Shown: positions 21,327 to 30,100 of the stretch, piece by piece
Layout: each line of letters opens with the position of its first letter
How positions within the stretch are numbered: position 1 is the first letter of the stretch
Source of the DNA: a virus
Virus record (IMG/VR): IMGVR_UViG_3300010373_000043
Span: 7,189 to 71,188 of that record
DNA: 64,000 nt
Strand: one strand, 5' to 3'
Notes under the pieces: generated by a model
What the model was told of the DNA's origin: nothing
What the model saw: only the letters and a program-made list of their open reading frames with translations
Database searches by the model: none
Translations under genes and position numbers: made by a program

Positions 21327-21327
21327 G

Positions 21328-21669
21328 TTAGTTCTCCTCTTCGTGCGGAGACGCTCGAAGCGCGTCGTCGACCATTGCACGAGCTGCATCCATCGGCAGG
21401 TTCAGACGGTCGTGGACCGCCATGATCGCGCGGCCACGGTTGACCTGGGCGAGACGAAGCTCTTCTTGTGTGAGAGCGACGGGCGCTTCCATCATCTTGT
21501 TGATGAGGAGATTGAGTGTGTTGGAGAGAGCATTCATCTGACGCTCGATGATCCGGTTCGCGATCTCCATACGGAGACGCTTTGCCACAAGCTTGTCCTT
21601 CTGCTTGAGCACCTTCTCGATCTCGCGTTCGAGATTCTTTTGCTCTTGGCTCTTCTTCGATTTGGACAT
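21328..21669 (-). CDS. Coiled-coil protein with degenerate ribosomal L7/L12 C-terminal-like domain
   Basis: GRAIMAVHDRLNLPMDAARAMVD aligns with the neighbour's IPAIKSVRARTNLGLKEAKDLVD. Confidence 0.55.
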   Translation of the reverse strand: MSKSKKSQEQKNLEREIEKVLKQKDKLVAKRLRMEIANRIIERQMNALSNTLNLLINKMMEAPVALTQEELRLAQVNRGRAIMAVHDRLNLPMDAARAMVDDALRASPHEEEN

Positions 21670-21711
21670 GACGTTGCCCTTATAGCGAATTAGTTGGGAA
21701 ACTTCTGGTGA

Positions 21712-21909
21712 TTACTTCACCAGACTCAGCTTGGTGCTCTTCTTCCAGCCCTTCTTACGCGCACTAGCTGCGCACAAGGCTTGGCACTGCGGAATGCAGA
21801 TCGAACAAATGCCCTGTGACGCATTGCCCGACTGAACCATTGTCTCTTCGTCGGGAATAGTAGTCTGGTCCCTTCCGCAGAAGAGGCACACGACGAGTTG
21901 CTTTGCCAT
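21712..21909 (-). CDS. Stand-alone ClpX C4-type zinc-finger protein
   Basis: CLFCGR...MVQSG....ICSICIPQC. Confidence 0.75.
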   Translation of the reverse strand: MAKQLVVCLFCGRDQTTIPDEETMVQSGNASQGICSICIPQCQALCAASARKKGWKKSTKLSLVK

Positions 21910-21911
21910 GA

Positions 21912-22232
21912 CTACAGCCCGTTCTTCTGACGGTAAGCGTCGACCAGATCCTTCGCTTCCTTCAGACCGAGGTTCGTGCGAGCACGCACGGACTTGATGG
22001 CGGGGATGTAGTCACGAGCGAGAACCATCGAGCGCTCGGTAGCGGTGAGGGTTTCGCCTTCGACGCGAGACTTCTCTTGACGGTAGGTGTAGATGCTGTC
22101 GTTGATGTTCGCGAGTTGTGCATCCAGGATCGCGACACGCTCCATGAGGATCACGCGAGACGCGGTGACACGCCCCTTCTTCGCGATCAGAGCATTCAGA
22201 TCCTTGTCTGCCTGACTGAGCTTCTTCGCCAT
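21912..22232 (-). CDS. Ribosomal protein L7/L12 C-terminal-domain protein
   Basis: AIKSVRARTNLGLKEAKDLVD signature. Confidence 0.8.
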   Translation of the reverse strand: MAKKLSQADKDLNALIAKKGRVTASRVILMERVAILDAQLANINDSIYTYRQEKSRVEGETLTATERSMVLARDYIPAIKSVRARTNLGLKEAKDLVDAYRQKNGL

Positions 22233-22577
22233 TTTGGGCCTCCTGTGGCCCTTATAGCGAATCTATCTACCGCCGAAGTACCAGACCCACTTGCACAGCT
22301 CTTTCCAGAACGAAAACCATTCCTCATGCCACCAACATTCGTGGAAATAGGCACTATAGAAGGTGCCGTCGCAGAAGTGGCAATCGCGCATGTTACTGTT
22401 CCTGGAGAGCGAGCTTGCGAGCCCACAGCTCATGGCACTTGAGGCACTTGGCTGTGGGCTTGCGTAGGACTTTGTAGGTGGGATGCTTCTCACACAGCGG
22501 TTTTTGAACCACCGTAGGACAATCGCAGTTGCCCATGGGGCAGCCGCAATTGTGGGTATTGCCGCCGTGCTCGAACA

Positions 22578-23135
22578 TTACAGAAGGCCGGAATCCTGGA
22601 GGAGAGCCTTCGAGAAGTTGCGAAGAGCCTTCGCGATCTTCTTGCGGCGACGCTCCCAGCCCGACTTGGTGTCGTCGTTGGCTTCGCCCACGCGATCGCA
22701 CGTGAGACGCAGCGTGCTGGGCGGCGTCGACGAATACGGGTAACCGCTTTCGCCCGTGACCGTCTCGGTCTTGCCGTACTCGACATCTTCCTCGTTGAGC
22801 CCGAGCGACTTGGCGAACGCCTCGACGTTGTTCTCGATGGCGTACAGCTCTTCGTCCTCTTCGATGAGCTTCTTCAGCTCTTCCTTGGACATCTTCATCA
22901 CGCGCTGCACTTCCTCGGGCAAGCAGTGAGCTGCCGAGAGCACGCAACCGAATGCACAGACCGGCTGACCCTTCTCATCGAAGGCTTCGCCCGTGCCGAA
23001 CTTCTTCTCGACACCAGCGTCGAGACGCTCCGCAGTGCGCTCCGCTTCGAGAGCGATCACGAGAGCCTTGCGCTTGAGAGCAGGCGTCCAACGAACCGAC
23101 GACTTGACGAACTTCTCTGATTCCTTGTTTTCCAT
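22578..23135 (-). CDS. Hypothetical protein, paralogue of 62658..63116
   Basis: Shared A..L..G..K.FG and (N/A)DDTK....RR patterns; own promoter element and SD. Confidence 0.7.
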   Translation of the reverse strand: MENKESEKFVKSSVRWTPALKRKALVIALEAERTAERLDAGVEKKFGTGEAFDEKGQPVCAFGCVLSAAHCLPEEVQRVMKMSKEELKKLIEEDEELYAIENNVEAFAKSLGLNEEDVEYGKTETVTGESGYPYSSTPPSTLRLTCDRVGEANDDTKSGWERRRKKIAKALRNFSKALLQDSGLL

Positions 23136-23165
23136 TTCGACCTCTGTGTGCCTCTTATAGCGGAT

Positions 23166-23506
23166 CTATTCTTCGACCAGCTTTGATTGCATCATCATGT
23201 CGCGTAGCATCCAGTCAGGCCACGTCGGCTTGTACATGTCGTCGAACCAAATCGCGACTGCACGATTGCGACAGAATGCATTGGACGGCGAGGGATCGTG
23301 ATAGAGATGCTGCATGATGCAGCCTGGAGCCTTCGCGTTGTAGCTGAGGATGGTATGCGTGGGATCGAGATGCACATCACCACCTGTCATCAACAAGCCT
23401 TCACGATGCTTCTCGACGACAGTTTCGAGCTGTTCTCTCGTGATTTGCTCACCGAGGTAAAACGAGATCGACCCATCCTTGCGCTTGCTGCCGTACGAGA
23501 TTTCCA
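23166..23506 (-). CDS. Hypothetical protein
   Basis: ORF 23166..23624; likely start MEISYG after an AAGGA SD. Confidence 0.5.
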
Positions 23507-23682
23507 TATTTGTATTCCTTATATCGAATCTGTCCAATAGATCTGGAGGGCATCCCAGCATGGAGGCAAGCCTGGAGGAGGAACTTCGTGTACGTCCCTC
23601 GTGATCCAAGGCGCTTTCATCCAACGAAGCCAGTTCTGGATCTCATTGCGACAAATCTCGTGGTGTGGGCAGCCGCGTAGCA

Positions 23683-24153
23683 CTATTTCCTCTTGAAAAC
23701 GTACTCGTGGTTCGCGTAGTCCCACGCCACGAGTCGTCCATCACGAGTCCAGCCGCACTGACCGCCATCACACTCACCACACCACGGCTCGAACTTCTGA
23801 CGGTTCTTCCGATAGAATTCTCCCGCACTCAAAGCGCAGGGCGCAGCGTCGACGACCTCTTCCATGTGGAGGATCTTGACACCCTCGAACACTTCGATTG
23901 AGCAGCGAGCGAGACGAGGATCTTTCAAGCGAACGAACATGTCGTATTCGTTCTTGTTCGCATCCTCACCCGCTCTGGAGTGAGGCACCTTGATCACGCT
24001 ACTGGTGTAGGGATTGCGGAAGGTGACGCGATGGCGACCACTACCGATCTCTTCGAATCCGCCCAGGCCAAATGCCACGCGGATCTGTCGCATATCGTAA
24101 TCGTCGACCAGATATCTGAGTGATGTCTTCGATTCCGGCAAAAGGGCACTCAT
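23683..24153 (-). CDS. Minimal protein-kinase-like fold protein
   Basis: IGSGRHRVTF, VIKVP, N.NE, GW..DGRLVAWDY. Confidence 0.55.
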   Translation of the reverse strand: MSALLPESKTSLRYLVDDYDMRQIRVAFGLGGFEEIGSGRHRVTFRNPYTSSVIKVPHSRAGEDANKNEYDMFVRLKDPRLARCSIEVFEGVKILHMEEVVDAAPCALSAGEFYRKNRQKFEPWCGECDGGQCGWTRDGRLVAWDYANHEYVFKRK

Positions 24154-24174
24154 GTGCCCCTTATAGCGAATCGA

Positions 24175-25110
24175 CTAGTGGCACTTATTCTTGCAATCGG
24201 AGCTGAACAAACCGTTGTAGGCTGGTCCACCACAACGATCGCACTTGTGCGGCCACTTCGTGGGATCGTTCGGATCTGCTGGTGCTGGTGCAGAAGAGAA
24301 CACAGCCGGTTTGGGCTGTGCTGGTGCCGAAGGCTTGGTGAAGTAGCCCAAGCTCTGCTTAGGTGCTGGAGATGCACTGACCGTAATCGATCCGACCGCA
24401 GGAGCCTGATACAGATAGCGGCCGAAGCCCTTCGGTGCACAACCAGGATTCTCGAAGAAGAGGACCGGCTCGGGATCGCCAGCGTCGTAGCGTGACTGGC
24501 TCAAGATCTCTCGTACTGCATCTGATTGCAACATCGCTTGGTACGTGATGCGCGTCTTTCTCGACCCCAGAGCCCTTGAGAGGCGAATGTAGATATGCTT
24601 CTTGCCCGGCGTGCCTGACTTCGAAGGAATGACCGCTTCAGCGACAAATGCCATGATGTTCTGCTCGAACACCGGCTTCGCACGCAGATACGCTTGGTAC
24701 TGCGCATCGGAGTCGATGTCGATGAATAGCTCATCGCCCTTTGGTGCGAGCACATCCCAGCCATTCGACTGAGCGTGCTGGATTGCCTGCGGGCTCGTGC
24801 GACCACCCGTATAGGGCGCGTTCATGCTCACAGGACCGATGCCACCAGGAATCACGTGTGCCGGCATCGCGTGCGGAGGGATCATCGCAGCGACGAGAGG
24901 CTGACGAGGATGCGTGAAGCCCTTCACTCTCGGTAGAGTGATCTTGTCGAAGTCTCGCCCTTGTGGATCGAAAAAGATGTCGACCTTCTCAGGCGTGCGA
25001 GGAACCTGTACAGCAGTGACGATCGGCTTGCCTGAGCGAATTGATTCTTCCATCAATTCAGCAATACGCTTTACTTGTGCATCCCAAAATGGATCTTTGC
25101 CTTGGCTCAT
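24175..25110 (-). CDS. Hypothetical protein with Pro-rich linker and C-terminal Zn ribbon
   Basis: LFIDID...SKSG..KKHIY core (primase-like DxD/SxH resemblance); C-terminal CDRCGGPAY.G....C...C. Confidence 0.55.
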   Translation of the reverse strand: MSQGKDPFWDAQVKRIAELMEESIRSGKPIVTAVQVPRTPEKVDIFFDPQGRDFDKITLPRVKGFTHPRQPLVAAMIPPHAMPAHVIPGGIGPVSMNAPYTGGRTSPQAIQHAQSNGWDVLAPKGDELFIDIDSDAQYQAYLRAKPVFEQNIMAFVAEAVIPSKSGTPGKKHIYIRLSRALGSRKTRITYQAMLQSDAVREILSQSRYDAGDPEPVLFFENPGCAPKGFGRYLYQAPAVGSITVSASPAPKQSLGYFTKPSAPAQPKPAVFSSAPAPADPNDPTKWPHKCDRCGGPAYNGLFSSDCKNKCH

Positions 25111-26623
25111 TAGAAATTAACTCCACCCGAGCGAATCACCGTCGATCGACGAATCATCCAGAACTTCGAGCAGCGCTTACATGTCTTGCTGACTCCGCTC
25201 CAGCTCGTTGAGTTGAACCACTTGTGACCAACAACGAAGCAGACCGATCGATAGAGAGTGCGACGAATCCGCTTCTTCATGCGGTGTCGCTGAACATGAA
25301 AATGGAACTTGATGGTTGAAAGCTTCACGTACCGCTTATAGCGGATCTACCAGCGGATCTCGAAGTTGTAGCTATAGTGACCTTCCCAATGCATGCCGTC
25401 GTCGTTGACTGGTTCTACCCAGTGACGAGTTGCTGTTGCCTTGAGACCAGCCTCGGTGACGAGCAAAGGCATCAGCAGAGCAAGAGCTTCGTCACCCCAA
25501 TTTTCAAGCTCTGTGGGCTTGTAATAGGAGTTGAACGTGATCTTGTCGTGGCCGAGCCCCGCTTCTCTTTCGAGCAGCGTTGGCAGCTTGTCCTTGATCC
25601 AAGCGTGACAGCAAGCGAGAGTGTCGGCTTTCCACTTCTCGTGGGCAATTCGCTCTTCCTCGCGCTTCTTCTCGGCTGCGAGACGCTTCTCTTCTTGCTC
25701 TTCGGCGTGCTTCTTCTGACCACGCTCGATTGCTTCTTGGACAGCCTTATTCATCGAATCGCCAATCGTCGTATGAGACTTCGACGGGGAACGTCGGCAG
25801 AGCAGGCACGTCGGTCATCTTGTGCGCAATCGCACGAGCGTACATATCGAATTTCTGGCGCAGATCGACAGCATCATCGCCCAGGCCGAGGCTGACGCTC
25901 CTGTCATTGTCGTCGCGACCAGTGACCCAGCTAAAGCTGACGCCATGCACCTTGATGCCGGTCGTCTTGAAAGCCTGAGCCATCAGACAATTCTTGCAGT
26001 ACTCGCCACCCGGCTTACCCAGCTCGGGAATCGCTTCTGCAACAGCCTTGTCCCACATCTCTTGCGTGATGGTGATCTTCTTGCCGGTTTTCGTGCTCAT
26101 GTGCCTCTTATAGCGAATTTAGGGCAACCACACTTGGAAACCGGTTGCGCCGTACATTTGGGATGTGTAGCCGGCTGCCGCAAATTCGCCCATTAGTCGT
26201 GTGGCGATGTTCTTGTGCGATTGCTGCTGCACGGTGGGAGACCACTTGAAGTAGCCTTCCTTGGCCATGGCCTCGATCGCCATCGTCTTGACGTGCTCAT
26301 AGAGCCTGTCGACCGACTGAGCAGTCGTCGGAATCGTGATGACGTTCGGATCGGGTGCAGCCTTCATGTCCCTCTTATAGCGATTGTTATGATTGCTGCA
26401 TAGGAATCGTTACAGTGATCTCATCGGCTACTCTTTCAGAAACTTCGTAGCCGCCGAGCTTGAAGCCTTCGAAATGAGAACGATAGATTCTCTGTACTTC
26501 ATATGTATGATCGAACATCTTAACTTTAAAAGAGCCATACTGTTGAAGACTGGCAACGATTCTGTCGAGGATTGTCTTGGTAAGGGCTTCACGAGACGAT
26601 TCAAGAGTAGGATAAATTGTCAT
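25110..26623 (-). CDS. Five small hypothetical genes (26387..26623, 26119..26367, 25747..26100, 25347..25754, 25110..25328)
   Basis: Four start exactly 6 nt after a CGCTATAAG element. Confidence 0.7.
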
Positions 26624-26630
26624 GGACTTC

Positions 26631-27089
26631 TTATAGCGGATCTCGCCATCGTGTCCCGTTCACGATTCGACTCACTTGTTGATGGCTGATACCATAGAGC
26701 AGCGCAATCGCCTTCTGGCTCAGTGCGCCCTCGTGATAGATTTCCTTGATTGCCTCAACTTGATCCTCAGTGAGTTTCCTACGACCATGACGAATCTTGT
26801 AAGCGTGGCGTCTCTTCAGAACCATGTCCTGCATGTTGTCTTGGTGTGTGCCGAGGAATAGGTGATCTGGATTCACGCACAGCTTCACGTCACATCTATG
26901 AAGCACATGAGAGTCACCAATTGGCCCATGTTCTAGCTCAAAAGAGATACGATGGGCATAGGTCGGCACTCGCTTGACGCTAAATACGCCATAGCCGCTT
27001 CGAACGGCAGCCGTCCACAACCAACAGCCTCCCGGCGAGAGCTGGGATCGGTCGACCTTTGCCCAAAACAGATCTACTGATACTTCCAC
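26631..27089 (-). CDS. HNH homing endonuclease with C-terminal HTH
   Basis: CWLWT, AHR.S, VLHRCD...CVNPDHLFLGT..DN..D. Confidence 0.92.
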   Translation of the reverse strand: MEVSVDLFWAKVDRSQLSPGGCWLWTAAVRSGYGVFSVKRVPTYAHRISFELEHGPIGDSHVLHRCDVKLCVNPDHLFLGTHQDNMQDMVLKRRHAYKIRHGRRKLTEDQVEAIKEIYHEGALSQKAIALLYGISHQQVSRIVNGTRWRDPL

Positions 27090-27153
27090 ACTTCACTTAT
27101 AGCGGATCGCAATCTTCTTTAGCGAAACCCTCTAAGCCTAGGTCACTACTAGA

Positions 27154-30100
27154 ATGGCGACGATCCCAGTACCTCGTTCGTACTCACAAATTATCGGCGA
27201 CATGATCGATGCGTTTTTGTCACGCTTTGGTCTGCGTTCGCTGAAGGTGGGCTCGCCCGTTCTCAGTATCCTAGAATCTGTCGCACAGTCTCAGCTTCGT
27301 AGCAGTGAGGATATCTTCACACTCCTCGAAGCCCAGTCTCTCGACAACGCTTCAGGGGATGCGCTTGATCGTATCGGTGCGGATGAGAGCACTCCTCGCA
27401 TTCCGCAGAACCCTGCCTCGGGTACAGTTACGATCACCGATTCTTCATTTACAAAAGTTGCTTCAAAGATCTTTCAGGGAACACCGGCTCCGATTGTAGG
27501 CTCGACTAGCATTAACGTCGTTGATGCGTCACTATATCCGAACACGGGATCTGTTTATCTTGGACGCAACACACCCCAATTCGAAGGCCCACTTGCTTAC
27601 ACGAGCAAGACAAATAACGGCACGTATTGGACACTAGCATTGAGCACACCTACCCTTCGTTTTCACAACCAAGGGGAGGGCGTGGTCCTTGCGCAAGGTG
27701 GCGACCGCCAAATTCCAGCGGGTACGGTAGTACAAACACCTCAAGGGAATACCGCAGCAGCAGTCCAATTCAAGACGTTGTTCAACTCGACCATTCCTGA
27801 TGGCGAGACTTCGATCACGGGTGTATTGGTCGTAGCGATTGTTCCGGGCATCTCGGGCAACGTAGCTGCGCTCGCTATCAATGGATGGGGATCAGGTAAT
27901 GGCCCATTCACTGGTGCACAAGTCTCTAATCCTCTACCGCTTACAAACGGTACGAGCGTTGAAGATGATGACACCTACCGCGAGCGTATTCGTCAAGCAA
28001 CTCAGTCACGCACCAAGGGCACGGCACTGGCTATCCAGACGTTTGCCGTCGGTGTTACTTCGAGTGACGAAAATAAGCGCGTGCTCTCAGCGTCGGTGGT
28101 TACTCGTCAGGGTTACCCGACCACGCTGTATATCGATGACGGTACGGGCTATGAGATGCGTGCGCAGGGTGTGGCTATTGAATCACTCATTGATTCAGCC
28201 CTCGGTGGTGAGCAATACTTTAAAGTCTCACAACGTCCGATCGCCAAGGCATACATCCAGTCACTCAACGCAGCACCATACGTACTCGCTTCAGGAATGA
28301 AGCTGAGCTTCGCTGTGGATGGCGTAGTGACTGAGCACACGTTCGATGTGGATGGCTTCAGAAACATCACGAACGCTACAGCCTACGAAGTGGTTGCATC
28401 TATCAATGCAGATACGACCCTTAATTGGCAAGCACGCACGGCAGGCTCAGGCACGCTCGTTGTTGTAACGGCTAAGGCTGATACCAACGAATCGATCCAG
28501 CTACAGACTGTCACGGATGGCGATGACGCTAATTCAGCGCTGCTATTCCCTGCTGGTCGTGTGGATACGATGCGACTTTACCTCGATGACCGACTCCTAT
28601 CTAAGGATGGGCGTACGGCCGAGGCATTGTCTAAGCCGATCGCTGAATGGGCTACGATGACATCGCCTCAATCCCTCGTGGTGAAGGTCGATGGTATCCA
28701 GCTCTCATTCGATGCAGCGCAATTCCCGAAGTTCACCGATCAAGACTTCATTGACGCTAATACGGGCTTCACTACGCTAGGCCGCAATACGCTCGATGCA
28801 TGGGCCAAGGTTTTCAACTACCGTATCCCAGGCATCACTGCGAGCGTAGAGGCTGGTGTGTTGGTCGTAGCCTCGAACCGTCAGCACTCAGCCAATGGCA
28901 AGGTGCAGATCGTATCGGGTGATCTTGTTTCGAACCACATGTTCGATACGCAGGTATCACTGGGTGCCAACAGCGATTACACACTCAATCGCAACACTGG
29001 CGAGCTGGCTCTTCAAACACCGCTCACAGTGGGCCAGAAGCTTTCAGCAGGCTCGACACAAACCCGAGCCTTCCTCCAGTCGCCTTCGATCTCAACGCTC
29101 AACCTAGCGGCTCAGGCGAATTTGTGGCTGGCTATGGACGCTGATGCTGCTGTGATCCCGACTGGTGTCAACAACGGCACTCCTCTCACATTCACTGCTA
29201 CGGCTACTGCGTACGGCTTCCTCATCAAGTGTGATGCAGGTACGGCTGTATTCCAGAATCTATTGGCTGGTGATTGGGTCGTGTTCTGGGATAGTGCTCT
29301 AGGAGCATTGACCGGATCATACCGCGTATCGGCTGTCGACACCGGTTTCCAGTATTTCTATTTTGAAAAGAATACGACGTACTCTGGTGGACCAATCACT
29401 CTCACGAGCAATGGTATCCAGTTCTGCCGTACGTCTACCGATCTGCCTCTACAGCACGACACGATCTCATCAGGCTCGCTGTACACCGCTACGTCTCTTG
29501 CCAATGCTTTGGATGAGGAGCTGGTTGGTGCTCTCGCCACTACATATCGGACTAATATTCTCCGCGTTCGCACTAACACATTCTCGGATGTGAATGGCGA
29601 TATCGCATTGGTAGCAGCAGACGTTGAGGCACAGAAGCTCGGTCTGCCTGTAGCGAATGCAACGAAGAACCTGACCGGCCACATGGCTTCGATCGAGTCT
29701 GGCAATTCGTTGGTCGGCACGCCTGACTTCCACTTGGCTCGTTACGTGACGAATGGTGGTACGCAGGATGATATCGTTATTGAACGTCTGCCGAATGAGA
29801 TTCCCGACACTGGATTGACGCTATATGGTCTGCGTAATGACGACCTCGGTCTCACTCCATTGACTGATACAGCGTGGGGATCGCAATTCGGTTTCACCAC
29901 GACTCTCAAGGATGCATTCGCAAATGCTTCGAATTGGGAGATGGATATCCGTTCGACGCCTGAACAGCGTTGGATGGTGACTGACCGAATGATGTTCGCG
30001 AATGGCTTCATGCTCTCGCCGAGCGATCAATTCGGCGTGTTGGTCGATGGTGACGTTACACTCAAGCGCTTCTCGATTCCGATGTGGCGTACGTTCAAGC

